From Tepidimonas sp. (GTDB taxonomy: Bacteria; Pseudomonadota; Gammaproteobacteria; Burkholderiales; Burkholderiaceae_C), in assembly GCF_029335975.1 (NCBI RefSeq), contig NZ_JARJMT020000145.1, forward strand, positions 472 to 64,471: a stretch of 64,000 nt of DNA, given 5' to 3'. Numbering within the stretch: the first letter of the stretch is position 1; each line of letters begins with the position of its first letter. The translations under genes were made by a program, and so were the position numbers. Of the stretch, positions 50,307 to 61,257 are shown piece after piece. The notes below the pieces were generated by a model. That model ran no database searches and had not been told where the DNA came from. It saw only the letters and a list, made by a program, of their open reading frames with translations.

Positions 50307-52436
50307 TCAATGGACCGACGCGGGGTCGGCCGGGTCCAGTGGCGCTGGCCGACCAAAGTGATAACCTTGAAACAGCCGACAACCCATGGCGTACAGCGCC
50401 TCGAATTGAGCGGCGGTTTCCACGCCCTCTGCCACGACATCCAGTCCGAGGCTGTCTGCCAATTGCAAAATGGTTTGTGCAATCGCAGCATCGTTCGGAT
50501 CATCGAGCAAATCCCGCACGAATGTGCGATCGATTTTGAGCTGAGACAATGGAAGCCGCTTCAGATAGGCCAACGATGAGTAGCCGGTCCCGAAGTCGTC
50601 CAGGGCGAATCGGATACCGCGCGCCGACAGCGCCTCCATTTTTTTGATGGTATCTTCCACATCGTGGAGCAGCTGGCTTTCCGTGAGCTCGAGCTTGAGT
50701 TTTTTCGGATCGCATCCGCTGGCGTCGATGACGCGCAACACTGTATCGACCAAATCCGGTTGCCGTAACTGGCGAGCGCTCAGGTTGACGGCCAGTGTCC
50801 AGTGCGACCGCTCAGGATCGGAAGACCAGCGCGCCAGGGTTCGACAGGCCTGCTCCAAAATCCATTGCCCCATGGGAACAATCAAACCGCTTTGCTCCGC
50901 CAAAGGAATGAACGCAGCGGGCGACACCATGCCCCGTTTGGGATGACGCCAACGGATGAGGGCTTCCAAACCTTGGATACGCCCCCCGCCATTCACGATG
51001 ACCTGTCCGTGCAGGGCAAATTCTTGCTCGCGCAGTCCATGGCGCAGCTCGTGCTGCAGCGTGGCGCGCTCCATCACCTTGGCCTGCATGTCGGGGTCAA
51101 AGAAGCGTATGGCATTGCGCCCTGCCGCCTTGGACTGATACATGGCCAAATCGGCGCGCTGCAAAATTTCTTCCACCGCTTCGTGACTACCCTGGAATAA
51201 CGTAATGCCAATACTGGGTGTGACCTGCACCTCCTGACCATCGTGAATCGATGGTCGCTCCAATTCGGCGCGAATTTTTTCGGCAATCATCTGGGCATTC
51301 CAGAGTGCCCCGCTTTGCGAGTCTCCCAGATTTTCCAGCAAAACGACAAACTCATCTCCCCAGAGCCGACCCACGCTGTCTTCGTCGCGCAATATGGTCT
51401 GCAACCGTTTGGCACAATCTCGCAGCAAGGCGTCGCCCAGCTTATGCCCATAGGCATCGTTGACGTCTTTGAAATTATCCAAATCGATGAAATACAACGC
51501 ACCCCATTGGCCTGAACGATCGGCGGCGGCCTGAGCCTTGCGGAGTTGATCTTGAAACGCCCGACGGTTGTATAAACCCGTCAAACTGTCATAGAAAGCC
51601 AGGCGCTGGACTGTGGCTTCGGCTTCTTTGCGCGGCGTGATGTTGCGTCCGACACCCCGATAGCCGGTACAGTGGCCGTGTTCGTCCATAATCGGCATAC
51701 CGCTCAGCGAAAACCACACCGACTGGCCATCGGGCAGGATGCGCTGGATTTCCCAGCCCCGAAACACGCGCCGTTGCGCGATCAGATCTTGTAAGGGCGC
51801 CCAGTCCCGAGGTTGAGGCCGGTTGGGGGAAAACACATCCCAAGGCCGTTTGCCCAGAAAGTGCCGAGCCAAATCATGTTCTTCGACCGTCCGACCCTCC
51901 AGACGGGTGTAGCGACATTCGGCGTCCCACTCCCAATACCAATCGGCAGACAGCTCGGTCAGACTGCGAAAGCGCGCCTCGCTCTCGCGCAGCGCTGCCA
52001 GAGCCTGGGCATGCTTGGAGATATCGGTGTAGACGCGCACCCAGCCGCCCCCTGGCAGCGCAATCGTCGAGCCCTGCAAGGTGCGGCCGCTTGCCGTGGT
52101 GTAGGTGTACACATGGGGGTGAGCCTCGGTCTGTGTGGTACGCAAATGGTGCCATACCCGCTGTACGATGGCGTCGGCGTCGCCACGCAGGTCGCCGCGC
52201 CGGATCTGCCAGCGCACGACGTCGTCGATGAGCGCGCCCTCGGCCAAAACGGTCTGCGGCAGCTCCAGCAGGCGATGAGCAGCGTCGTTGTGCCCGACCA
52301 CGAAGCCCTGTTCATCCAACACCACCAGCGCGTGGTTCAGATGGTCCAGCAATTCGGCCACCGACAGCCGGCCGTGGCGAGCCGCATCGTCAGCGGCAGC
52401 GCTGGGTGTGCCCGGCAGGGTCGAGCTGAATTGCAT
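50307..52436 (-). CDS. PAS-PAS-GGDEF-EAL c-di-GMP metabolism protein
   Basis: Two PAS segments, YDSLTGLYNRR, FIDLDNFK, variant RLWGDEF, GLEALIRW, DDFGTGYSSL, AEGVET. Confidence 0.92.
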   Translation of the reverse strand: MQFSSTLPGTPSAAADDAARHGRLSVAELLDHLNHALVVLDEQGFVVGHNDAAHRLLELPQTVLAEGALIDDVVRWQIRRGDLRGDADAIVQRVWHHLRTTQTEAHPHVYTYTTASGRTLQGSTIALPGGGWVRVYTDISKHAQALAALRESEARFRSLTELSADWYWEWDAECRYTRLEGRTVEEHDLARHFLGKRPWDVFSPNRPQPRDWAPLQDLIAQRRVFRGWEIQRILPDGQSVWFSLSGMPIMDEHGHCTGYRGVGRNITPRKEAEATVQRLAFYDSLTGLYNRRAFQDQLRKAQAAADRSGQWGALYFIDLDNFKDVNDAYGHKLGDALLRDCAKRLQTILRDEDSVGRLWGDEFVVLLENLGDSQSGALWNAQMIAEKIRAELERPSIHDGQEVQVTPSIGITLFQGSHEAVEEILQRADLAMYQSKAAGRNAIRFFDPDMQAKVMERATLQHELRHGLREQEFALHGQVIVNGGGRIQGLEALIRWRHPKRGMVSPAAFIPLAEQSGLIVPMGQWILEQACRTLARWSSDPERSHWTLAVNLSARQLRQPDLVDTVLRVIDASGCDPKKLKLELTESQLLHDVEDTIKKMEALSARGIRFALDDFGTGYSSLAYLKRLPLSQLKIDRTFVRDLLDDPNDAAIAQTILQLADSLGLDVVAEGVETAAQFEALYAMGCRLFQGYHFGRPAPLDPADPASVH

Positions 52437-52448
52437 GGACGCGTTGTT

Positions 52449-54242
52449 TTAGAAGGTTTCCCACTGGTCGTCTGCTCCCGCTGTGGGCGATGTCGATGGA
52501 CCGGCGGACTTGGCCGCCGGCGGCGCGGCTTTGGCGCTTGGCGCAGGCGCCGGCAGCGTCGGCTCGCGCCGCGGGGCGGTGTGGGTCTGCCCCGCCACGG
52601 GTTTGAGCGAGCCGGTGGGCGCACGCGCAGGCTTGCGGGGCGCCGACAGCGGCCGGACGGGGGCGGAGACCACCGCCGGCATGGACTCGCCGGTCTTGAA
52701 GCGCGCCACCACCTGCTGCAGCTCATGCGCCTGCTGCACCAGGCTTTGCGCGGCTGCAGCGGCCTGCTCCACCAGGGCTGCGTTTTGTTGAGTGGCCTGA
52801 TCGAGCTGTCCCACCGCAGCGTTGACCTGGGTGATGTTGTCGTTTTGCTCATTGACCGAGGCGCTGACTTCACCGATCAGGTCGGCGACCCGATCGATGG
52901 CCTGCACCGCTTCTTGGACCGTGCGCCCAGCCGCATCCACCTGCTGGCCGCCTTCGCGCACTTGCGCCACGCTGGCTTCGATGAGGGCCTTGATTTCCTT
53001 GGCTGCCTGGGCGCTGCGTTGGGCGAGCTGGCGCACCTCGCCAGCGACGACGGCAAAGCCCCGGCCCGCTTCGCCCGCGCGCGCGGCCTCCACCGCGGCA
53101 TTGAGCGCCAAAATATTGGTCTGAAAGGCGATGCCATCGATGACTTGAGTGATATCGGCAATCTTGGCGCTGCTGGCCTCGATACCTTGCATGGTGCCCA
53201 CGACCTGCTGCACCGCTTGCCCGCCGCGCTTGGCGGCATCGGCAGCCTGTTGAGCGACCTGGTTGGCCGTGCGAGCCGATTCGGCCCCGTGGCGCACCGA
53301 TTCCGTCATGCTCTGCAAACTCGCGGCGGTTTGCTGCAGGCTGGCAGCCGCGCTTTCCGTGCGGGCGGAGAGGTCCTGGTTGCCCTGCGCAATTTCGCCC
53401 GCTGCCGCGGCCACCTGGTCGGCCGCGCGGCGCACCCTGACGAGCGCCTCGCGCATCGCCTGCACGGTTTTGGCCTTAGAGCGCAGCAGATCGCCAATTT
53501 CGTCGCCGCGGCCGCCGTCATGCACGGCCATGCTGAAGTCGCCTGCCGCCAGACGCTCGTTGACCGCCAGGAGCTGGCGGATGGGCCCGACGGTGGCGCG
53601 GGTGAGCGCCACCGCGATCCACACGCCCAGCAGCAACGCCGCCACCACCACCGCTGCCTGCACCATTTGGACCGTGCGCGTCAGCCCTTGCGCGCCTTCG
53701 CGCGTGCGCTCTTTGCGTTGTTTGAGCATCTGGGTCAATTCGCTTTGCGCCTGTTGATAGGCTTGCGCAGCGGCTTGGTAGCGGCCGTCGAACGCTGCTT
53801 TGGCCGAGGCGAAATCTTGAGCGTTGAGCGCCTTTACCACCTCGCGGCGCGCCTCAAGTGTCGCCTGGCGCAGCGCCATGAGGCGCCGCAGCTCCTCTTC
53901 GACCCCAACCTGAGGGGCCAACTCGGCCACGCGTCGTTCGAGCTCTTCGACGCGCCCGCGTGCGGCCTCCAGGCGCTCGCTGAAGTAGTCAAGGACCGCT
54001 TGGCCATTGTCCCCCGAGCCCAGCTGCAGCATGGCGTCGACTCGCCCGGCCTGCGCTTCCGTGACCTCTTTCCACTGGGCAGCCAGATCCTCGGCTTCGG
54101 CCATGCGCTGCTCGATCGCCCGCGCCTGCTCGATGCGCCATTCACCCCAGATGGCAGCACCAAATACGGCCAGCTGCAGCGCCAGCATCAAGCCCATGGC
54201 CCATGCCAGCCGGGTGCCGATGCGCCAATGACTCCAATTCAT
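52449..54242 (-). CDS. Methyl-accepting chemotaxis protein (four-helix sensor, HAMP, signalling domain)
   Basis: [33 protein letters not shown]; Pro/Ala linker ending in the NWETF-like pentapeptide QWETF. Confidence 0.95.
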   Translation of the reverse strand: MNWSHWRIGTRLAWAMGLMLALQLAVFGAAIWGEWRIEQARAIEQRMAEAEDLAAQWKEVTEAQAGRVDAMLQLGSGDNGQAVLDYFSERLEAARGRVEELERRVAELAPQVGVEEELRRLMALRQATLEARREVVKALNAQDFASAKAAFDGRYQAAAQAYQQAQSELTQMLKQRKERTREGAQGLTRTVQMVQAAVVVAALLLGVWIAVALTRATVGPIRQLLAVNERLAAGDFSMAVHDGGRGDEIGDLLRSKAKTVQAMREALVRVRRAADQVAAAAGEIAQGNQDLSARTESAAASLQQTAASLQSMTESVRHGAESARTANQVAQQAADAAKRGGQAVQQVVGTMQGIEASSAKIADITQVIDGIAFQTNILALNAAVEAARAGEAGRGFAVVAGEVRQLAQRSAQAAKEIKALIEASVAQVREGGQQVDAAGRTVQEAVQAIDRVADLIGEVSASVNEQNDNITQVNAAVGQLDQATQQNAALVEQAAAAAQSLVQQAHELQQVVARFKTGESMPAVVSAPVRPLSAPRKPARAPTGSLKPVAGQTHTAPRREPTLPAPAPSAKAAPPAAKSAGPSTSPTAGADDQWETF

Positions 54243-54358
54243 GGTCTATCCTCCTACCGATCCTTGCGGCTGCCGTATCCAGTGGGCGCGCACGACCGTC
54301 GTATGAACATCAGCTTATCACAGCGCCCGGCCGGCGCCGGCGGGCCGCCCATCGGGCA

Positions 54359-55696
54359 TCAGGTCGAGAGCGCCGGTGCGCGGCCGCGCCGCTCTGGCCC
54401 GTGGTAGCTGGACGGGTCGCCCTGCCCGCGCACCTGCACCGCCGACAAAGGGGTATGGGCGCCCTCATCCTGCGCCAAGCGAAAGATGGCCACTGTCTGG
54501 GCCATGCGCTGCGCCTGGGCGCGCACATGGCTGGCGGTGTCGGCGCTGCGCGCCACCAAGCCAACGTTTTGCTCGGTCATTTGGTCCACCTCGGCCACGG
54601 CCGCTTGGATCTGCGCCAGCGCCTGCGCTTGCTGCTGGATGGCCGCGCTAATGTCGCGAATGAAGGTCGAGACCTGCTCGGCATTGGCGACGATGTCGCG
54701 GATGGTGGCGCCGGCCGCATGCACCTGCTCGGTCCCTGAGCCCACCTGCTGCACGCTGGCTTCGATCAGGGTTTTGATTTCTTTGGCCGCCTGGGCGCTG
54801 CGTTGGGCCAGTTGCCGCACCTCGCCCGCCACCACCGCAAAGCCCCGGCCCGCCTCGCCCGCGCGCGCGGCCTCGACCGCCGCATTGAGTGCCAGGATGT
54901 TGGTCTGAAATGCGATGCCGTCGATGACGCCGATGATGTCGGCGATTTTGCGGCTGGCCGCCTGGATACCGTCCATGGTGGTCACGACTTGCGTGACGGC
55001 GTGTCCTCCCCGGTCGGCCACCTCGGCGTTGCGCCGAGCCAAATCGATGGCGGCCTGCGCGGCCTGGCTGCTGGCTTGGGCATTGCGTGCCAGATCATCC
55101 AGGCTGGCCGCGGTTTGGCGCAGATGTTCGGCCGTCTTTTCGCTGCGTTCGGCCAGGTCTTGGCTGCCTCGGGCCACCGATTCGGCGGTGTGGTTCATGC
55201 GCTGGGCCGTCTCGCGCACGGCGCCTACGGTGCGGGCCAGCGAATCTTGCATGTCCGCCAGGCTGCGCATCAGCTCGGCCAGCTCATCCTGCCCGCTGGT
55301 GTCGGCACGGGTGGACAGGTCACCCCGCGCGATCGACACTGCCAGCGCCTGCGCCTGCTGCACCGGATCTACGATGCTACGCATATTCATCCAGGTGGTG
55401 GGCACGACGATGACCAGCGCCACGACCAAGGCAGCGCCCAAGGCCCACAACGCCTGGGCGCGAATTTGTTCGCCGCGCTCGGTCAGTTGAATCATCTGCT
55501 GTGTGAACGTTTCATCGCCGCCAGTGCCGGTGGCCATCCAGGCCAAGGTCAGCGCCTCGTGCTGGGCGATCTGCATGTGATGCACCGACCACACCCCCAC
55601 CGCAGCCAAGGCCAACAACAGCGCGAGCACCACGCCAATGGCTCCCAGCATCCGCACTCGCACGCTGAAGGCGCGCATCCAATGGCTCGTCCCCAT
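54359..55696 (-). CDS. Methyl-accepting chemotaxis protein with a very short periplasmic segment
   Basis: Same signalling hairpin motif; ~45 aa between TM1 and TM2; C-terminal YHGPERR. Confidence 0.9.
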   Translation of the reverse strand: MGTSHWMRAFSVRVRMLGAIGVVLALLLALAAVGVWSVHHMQIAQHEALTLAWMATGTGGDETFTQQMIQLTERGEQIRAQALWALGAALVVALVIVVPTTWMNMRSIVDPVQQAQALAVSIARGDLSTRADTSGQDELAELMRSLADMQDSLARTVGAVRETAQRMNHTAESVARGSQDLAERSEKTAEHLRQTAASLDDLARNAQASSQAAQAAIDLARRNAEVADRGGHAVTQVVTTMDGIQAASRKIADIIGVIDGIAFQTNILALNAAVEAARAGEAGRGFAVVAGEVRQLAQRSAQAAKEIKTLIEASVQQVGSGTEQVHAAGATIRDIVANAEQVSTFIRDISAAIQQQAQALAQIQAAVAEVDQMTEQNVGLVARSADTASHVRAQAQRMAQTVAIFRLAQDEGAHTPLSAVQVRGQGDPSSYHGPERRGRAPALST

Positions 55697-55740
55697 GAGT
55701 GTCCGTCCTCTACCAGTACCCGGCGCGGCGCCTGCGGCGT

Positions 55741-56244
55741 TCAGACGTCCGTCAGCCCCATGTCAGGACTGCCCAACAGGGCTTCGATGTCCATCAGAAT
55801 CAGCATGCGTTCACCCACGCTGGCAATGCCAGTGATGAAAGCGGTGTCCACCGTCGATGACGCCATCTCGGGCGCAGGGCGAACCTGCTCACGCGGCAGT
55901 TCCAGCACGTCGGAGACCGAGTCAACGACCGCACCGACCACCCGCCCCTTGACATTGAGGACGATGACCACCGTCAGCCCATTGTATTCGACCGTGTCGC
56001 AGCCGAGCTTGATGCGCAGGTCCACCACCGGGACGATCACACCGCGCAGATTGACGACGCCCAGAACGTGGCTGGGCGCGTTGGCGATGCGGGTGGGTTT
56101 TTCGAAGGAGCGGATTTCCTGCACCCGCAGAATGTCGATACCGTACTCCTCCCCCCCCAGCCGGAAGGTCAGAAACTCAGAACTCGAACGAACGCCGTGA
56201 GCGGTATCGATGTGGTTGACGTTCGAGGCGGCAACAGCGGTCAT
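55741..56244 (-). CDS. cheW: Chemotaxis coupling protein CheW
   Basis: [41 protein letters not shown]. Confidence 0.95.
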   Translation of the reverse strand: MTAVAASNVNHIDTAHGVRSSSEFLTFRLGGEEYGIDILRVQEIRSFEKPTRIANAPSHVLGVVNLRGVIVPVVDLRIKLGCDTVEYNGLTVVIVLNVKGRVVGAVVDSVSDVLELPREQVRPAPEMASSTVDTAFITGIASVGERMLILMDIEALLGSPDMGLTDV

Positions 56245-56438
56245 GGGGTGACTCTCCTCTTGAGCGAGACGGACGAGGCCGGCGGCCCCACAGCCATCGG
56301 CGGCGATCTGCGGCACAGAGCCAATGGTGCCAGAGTATCAACCAAAAAGGTCTGTTTCGATCTGTCGAAAAACGCGTCAAGCCGCGTCGGCGTCTGCAGC
56401 GGCGGCATCGATGCGCCCGATGGCGCGCATGCGCACCA

Positions 56439-56984
56439 TCAATGGCCGTCGAAGCACACCAGGGTAAACAGGGGCAAGCCCGCTTGCTGCAGGCGCTGCA
56501 GGCCGCCGAGCTCGGGCAGGGCCACGATGGCTGCGCCCTCGGTGACGGTGGCGCCCAGTTTTTCCAGCAGCTTTTTGCCGGCCATCATGGTGCCGCCGGT
56601 GGCGATCAGATCGTCGATCAGCAGCACACGGTCGCCGGGCTTGACCGCATCGGTGTGCAGCTCCACCGTCGCGCTGCCGTACTCGAGCTCATAGGTCTCC
56701 TCGACCGTGGTGAAGGGCAGCTTGCCCTTTTTGCGGATGGGCACGAAACCGACGCCGAGCTCGTAGGCCACCACCGAGCCGATGATGAAACCGCGCGCAT
56801 CCAGCCCTGCCACCACATCGGGGCGCCGGTCGCGGTCCATGTAGCGGTGGACGAAGGTGTCGATCAGCACCCGAAAGACCTTGGGGTCTTGCAGCAGTGG
56901 CGTGATGTCGCGGAACTGCACCCCGGGCGCAGGCCAATCGGGCACGGTACGGATGTGGGCTTTGAGGTAGGCGGCGGTGTCCAT
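56439..56984 (-). CDS. apt: Adenine phosphoribosyltransferase
   Basis: [38 protein letters not shown]. Confidence 0.96.
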   Translation of the reverse strand: MDTAAYLKAHIRTVPDWPAPGVQFRDITPLLQDPKVFRVLIDTFVHRYMDRDRRPDVVAGLDARGFIIGSVVAYELGVGFVPIRKKGKLPFTTVEETYELEYGSATVELHTDAVKPGDRVLLIDDLIATGGTMMAGKKLLEKLGATVTEGAAIVALPELGGLQRLQQAGLPLFTLVCFDGH

Positions 56985-56993
56985 GAGGGCCGA

Positions 56994-58979
56994 TTATCCG
57001 GCCAGCAACTTGCTTTCGGCCAGCGCCAATGCCTCGGGGCTGCCGTACAGCACGACGGCATCACCGCCCTGCAGGCGCAAGTCGTCGGCAGGCTCCTCGT
57101 GCCGACCGCCAACGCGGCGCACGCCCACCACCCGCACCCCGACTGCGTGCAAGGCCAGCTCGCCCAGGGTCTGGCCCACGGTTGGCCCACCCGGGGGCAG
57201 CACCACCGTGGCCAAGCGCTCCTGATAGGGCTCGTCGATGGCATCGTCATCGGCACCGTGGAAGTAGCCGCGCAGCAGCTGATAGCGCGCCTCGCGCTGC
57301 TGCTGGACCAGCCGCACCACGCGGCGCAGGGGCACGCCCACCAGCGCCAGCGCATGGCTGGCCAACATCAGGCTGGCTTCCAGGGCTTCGGGCACCACCT
57401 CGGCAGCACCCGCGGCCTGCAAGCGGGCCAGATCGGTATCGTCCACCGTGCGCACCACCACCGGCACGGCCGGTGCGTGTTCGCGCACATGGTGCAGCAC
57501 CTTCAGCGCGCTGGGGGTGTCCAGGTAGGTAACGACCACGGCGCTGGCGCGCGCCAGCCCGGCCGCCATCAGCGACTCCAGGCGTGCCGCATCGCCAAAC
57601 ACGACGGAATGCCCCGCCGCTGCGGCCTGCCGGACCCGGTCGGGGTCCAGATCCAGCGCCATGTAGGGGATGCGCTCGCCCTCCAGCAGTCGGGCCAGGT
57701 TTTGCCCGCAGCGGCCATAGCCGCAGATGATGACGTGCTTGTCGGCCGCAATCGCCTTGCGCGCGATGTGCGTCATCTGGACCGATTGCATCAGCCAGTC
57801 GCTGCCAACCAGCCGCGCGACCAGGGCGTCGCTGTGCTGGATGATGAATGGCGTGAGCAACATCGAGATGACCATCGACGCCAGCGTCGGGTTGAACAAC
57901 GCCGGGGGCACCAGACCATTCTGATGCGCCAGCTGCAGCAGCACCAGGCCGAATTCACCCGCCTGCATCAGATACAGCCCCACACGCAGTGAGGTGCCGG
58001 TCGGTGCGCCGAATGCGCGGGCCAGCGCGGTGATCAACGCCACTTTGAAGATGAGCGACAGGGTCAACAGCAGCAACACCAACGGCCAGCGCTCCAACAC
58101 CAAGCGCCAGTCCAGCATCATGCCGATGGTGATGAAGAACAGCCCGAGCAGCACATCGTGGAAAGGACGGATGTCGGTCTCGACCTGGTGCCGATACTCG
58201 GTCTCGGCGATCAGCATGCCAGCCACGAACGCGCCCAGCGCCAGCGACAGACCGGCGTGCTCGGTCAACCAGGCCAGCCCCAGGGTGACGAGCAGCAGAT
58301 TGAGCATGAACAGCTCCTGGCTCTTGCGCCGCGCCACCAGCGTCAGCCACCAGCGCATCACCCGCTGGCCGCCGGTGAGCAGCACGGTCAGCAGCACCAC
58401 CGCCTTGGCCAGCGCCAGCAGCAGTGCACCCAACAGATTTTCGCTGGAGGCACCCAGGGCCGGAATCAGCACCAGCAGGGGCACCACCGCCAGATCCTGG
58501 AACAGCAGGATTCCAACCACCCGCTGTCCGTGCTCGGACTCCAGCTCCAGCCGGTCGGCCATCAACTTGACGACGATCGCCGTGCTGCTCATCGCCATGA
58601 CACCGCCCATGGCCAGCGCCATCTGCCACTGAAGCTTCCACCACTGGGGCAGCCACCATCCCAGCGCCAGCGACGCCAGCGTGGTCAGCAGCACCGTCGC
58701 GACGACCTGGGCCGTGCCCAGCCCAAAGACATGGCGCTTCATCGCGCGCAATTTGGGCAGACTGAATTCCAGCCCAATGGCAAACATCAAGAACACCACG
58801 CCAAACTCGGCCAGATAGCGCAGACCCGCGGAGTTTTGCGCCAGCGCCAGCGCATGCGGGCCAATCACCACGCCCACTGCCAGGTAGCCGATCATCGCGG
58901 GCAGCCGCAAGGTGCGGCAGACCACGACACCCAGCACAGCGGCCAGCAGATACAACAACGCAAGGTCCAGTGAATTCAT
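56994..58979 (-). CDS. CPA2-family monovalent cation:proton antiporter with TrkA-N/TrkA-C domains (KefB/KefC/YbaL-like)
   Basis: AEFGVVFLMFAIGLE, MSSTAIV, GILLFQDLAV, LGAFVAG, ICGYGRCG; start MNSLDL. Confidence 0.9.
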   Translation of the reverse strand: MNSLDLALLYLLAAVLGVVVCRTLRLPAMIGYLAVGVVIGPHALALAQNSAGLRYLAEFGVVFLMFAIGLEFSLPKLRAMKRHVFGLGTAQVVATVLLTTLASLALGWWLPQWWKLQWQMALAMGGVMAMSSTAIVVKLMADRLELESEHGQRVVGILLFQDLAVVPLLVLIPALGASSENLLGALLLALAKAVVLLTVLLTGGQRVMRWWLTLVARRKSQELFMLNLLLVTLGLAWLTEHAGLSLALGAFVAGMLIAETEYRHQVETDIRPFHDVLLGLFFITIGMMLDWRLVLERWPLVLLLLTLSLIFKVALITALARAFGAPTGTSLRVGLYLMQAGEFGLVLLQLAHQNGLVPPALFNPTLASMVISMLLTPFIIQHSDALVARLVGSDWLMQSVQMTHIARKAIAADKHVIICGYGRCGQNLARLLEGERIPYMALDLDPDRVRQAAAAGHSVVFGDAARLESLMAAGLARASAVVVTYLDTPSALKVLHHVREHAPAVPVVVRTVDDTDLARLQAAGAAEVVPEALEASLMLASHALALVGVPLRRVVRLVQQQREARYQLLRGYFHGADDDAIDEPYQERLATVVLPPGGPTVGQTLGELALHAVGVRVVGVRRVGGRHEEPADDLRLQGGDAVVLYGSPEALALAESKLLAG

Positions 58980-59030
58980 CCCTCCGATCTTACGGCGGCA
59001 CGGTCGATGGCCTTGTCGGATAATTCCTGC

Positions 59031-60053
59031 ATGACGCTGGCCTGCCCCGCCCATCCCTGCCCCGCCCATCCCGCACCCGATGCCGATGCGCTGCTGGCCC
59101 TCGCGCGCGCGGCGCTGGACACCGAAATCCAGGGTCTGCAGGCGATGGCCGATCGACTGGACGCCCGCTTTGCGCAGGCGGTGCACACGGTGCTGGCCTG
59201 CCGCGGGCGGGTGGTCGTCACAGGCATGGGCAAAAGCGGACATGTCGGCCGCAAAATCGCCGCGACGCTGGCATCGACCGGCACGCCTGCCTTGTTCATG
59301 CACCCCGCCGAAGCCAGTCACGGCGACCTGGGCATGATCACGCCGGCCGACGTGGTGCTGGCCATCAGCAACTCGGGCGAGAGCGAAGAGCTGACCGCCA
59401 TCTTGCCGCTGATCAAGCGTATGGGGGTGCCGCTGTTGGCAATGACCGGGCGAGCGGACTCCAGCCTGGGCCGCCATGCCGATGTGGTGCTGGACACCAG
59501 CGTGGCGCGCGAGGCCTGCCCGCACAACCTAGCGCCCACTGCCAGCACGACGGCGCAAATGGCCATGGGCGACGCGCTGGCGGTGGCGCTGCTGAGCGCG
59601 CGCGGCTTTCAGCCGGACGACTTCGCCCGCTCGCACCCTGGCGGCGCGCTCGGCCGCCGCCTGCTGACGCTGGTGCGCGATGTGATGCGCCCGCTGCAGG
59701 TCACGCCGCAGGTCCCCCCCACCGCCACGCTGATCGAGACCATGCGCGCCATGAGTGCGGGCGGGTGGGGTGCGGCGGCGGTGGTGGACGACACGGGTGC
59801 GGCCATCGGCATCTTCACCGATGGGGACTTGCGCCGGTTGATCGAGCGGCGCGAGAGCGCCGATCTGCGCCACCTGACCGCCAGCGAGGTCATGCACCCG
59901 CAGCCACGCACCGTGCGGCCGCAGATGTTGGCTGCGGAGGCGGCCAAGCTGATGGAAACGCACCGCATCACCAGCGTGCTCGTGGTCGACGAGGGCGGGC
60001 GGCTGGTGGGCGCCCTCAACCACCATGACCTGATGCGCGCCAAGGTGATCTGA
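59031..60053 (+). CDS. kdsD: Arabinose-5-phosphate isomerase (KpsF/GutQ family)
   Basis: GMGKSGHVGRKIAATLASTGTP, HPAEASHGDLG, HPGGALG, CBS pair. Confidence 0.93.
   Translation: MTLACPAHPCPAHPAPDADALLALARAALDTEIQGLQAMADRLDARFAQAVHTVLACRGRVVVTGMGKSGHVGRKIAATLASTGTPALFMHPAEASHGDLGMITPADVVLAISNSGESEELTAILPLIKRMGVPLLAMTGRADSSLGRHADVVLDTSVAREACPHNLAPTASTTAQMAMGDALAVALLSARGFQPDDFARSHPGGALGRRLLTLVRDVMRPLQVTPQVPPTATLIETMRAMSAGGWGAAAVVDDTGAAIGIFTDGDLRRLIERRESADLRHLTASEVMHPQPRTVRPQMLAAEAAKLMETHRITSVLVVDEGGRLVGALNHHDLMRAKVI
59041..59070 (+). repeat. 15-bp perfect tandem duplication in the kdsD 5' end
   Basis: CCTGCCCCGCCCATC x2, encoding CPAHP twice. Confidence 0.75.
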
Positions 60054-60601
60054 TGTCCGCACCGGTGCTGAATTTTCCCCCCGAAATTCTGCTGCGGGCG
60101 CAGGACGTGCGCATCGCCTTCTTTGACGTGGACGGTGTACTCACCGATGGGGGACTCTACTATGGACCCGACGGCGAGGCGCTCAAGCGCTTTTACAGCC
60201 TGGACGGCCACGGCCTGAAATTGCTGCACCACGCCGGCATCGTGCCCGCGGTCGTGACCGGGCGCGACTCGGCCGCTTTGCGCCATCGCCTGCAGGCCCT
60301 CGGCGTGCAGCATGTGCGCTACGGCACGCAGGACAAGCGCCCGGCTGCCGAAGCCATTTTGGCGTCTTTGGGTCTGGACTGGTCGCAGGCCGCCGCCATG
60401 GGCGACGACTGGCCCGATCTGCCCATGCTGCGCCGCTGCGCACTGGCCGTGGCCCCGCCATCGGCGCACATCGAGGTGCGGGCGTGCGCCCACCACATCA
60501 CCCAGGCTGTAGCGGGCCATGGCGCGGCGCGGGAGTTTTGCGACCTGCTGCTGGTGGCGTCGGGCCGCTACGCCAGCCTGCTGGCCGAGGCTGCGGCATG
60601 A
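60053..60601 (+). CDS. kdsC: KDO 8-phosphate phosphatase
   Basis: FFDVDGVLTDG, DGHGLK, MGDDWPDL, GHGAAREFCD. Confidence 0.93.
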   Translation: MSAPVLNFPPEILLRAQDVRIAFFDVDGVLTDGGLYYGPDGEALKRFYSLDGHGLKLLHHAGIVPAVVTGRDSAALRHRLQALGVQHVRYGTQDKRPAAEAILASLGLDWSQAAAMGDDWPDLPMLRRCALAVAPPSAHIEVRACAHHITQAVAGHGAAREFCDLLLVASGRYASLLAEAAA

Positions 60602-61257
60602 ACCCCAGCCCCGCTGTAGCATCCCCCGCGGCTGCACGTTGGTACGGGCTGTGGGACCGGCTGTCGCTGTACCTGCCGGTGCTGTTGATGGGGGCACTGG
60701 CCTTGGTCACCTACGGCATCGTCCAGCGCATTCCGGGACCAGCCGCCACGCCCGATGCACCGCTGGCGCAAGGCCAGCCCGACTACCGTCTGGAGGGCTT
60801 TACCCTGCGCCGCTACGAGGCCGATGGACGCCTGGGATCGATGCTGACCGGCGCGGTGCTGGAGCATTTTCCAGACAACGGCCTGCTGCGGGTACAAAAC
60901 GCCACGCTGGAGCGCATCGACCATGCCGGTCAGATGCGACTGCGGGCTCAGGCCAGCGAACTTCGCACCGATGATGGGCGCACCCTCTACCACCTGCGCG
61001 GTGATGTGCGCCTGGTGCGCGAGCCTTGGCCCACAGACAGACGCAAAAATGCCACGCCGCGCCTGACTTTCGAGGGCCAGACCCTGACGTGGCATGAGGA
61101 TCAGCGCCTGCTGGAGTCGGATCAACCGGTGCGGCTGAGCCGCGGTGCAGACACGCTCATCGGCAACCGCCTGCGATACGACGCGCGCAACGGCATCGTC
61201 GACCTGCAGGGGCAGGTGCGCGCCACGCTGATGGCGCGCACTCCGCGCGATCAGTAA
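60598..61257 (+). CDS. lptC: LPS export ABC transporter periplasmic protein LptC
   Basis: Single TM (LYLPVLLMGALALVTY), PDY.LEGF, ESDQPV..., follows kdsDC. Confidence 0.82.
   Translation: MNPSPAVASPAAARWYGLWDRLSLYLPVLLMGALALVTYGIVQRIPGPAATPDAPLAQGQPDYRLEGFTLRRYEADGRLGSMLTGAVLEHFPDNGLLRVQNATLERIDHAGQMRLRAQASELRTDDGRTLYHLRGDVRLVREPWPTDRRKNATPRLTFEGQTLTWHEDQRLLESDQPVRLSRGADTLIGNRLRYDARNGIVDLQGQVRATLMARTPRDQ

Noticed and set aside
52449-55696. Near-identical DNA in the two MCP genes (e.g. around 53040-53140 and 54820-54920)
   Set aside because: Explained by the universally conserved MCP signalling hairpin; not a mobile repeat.
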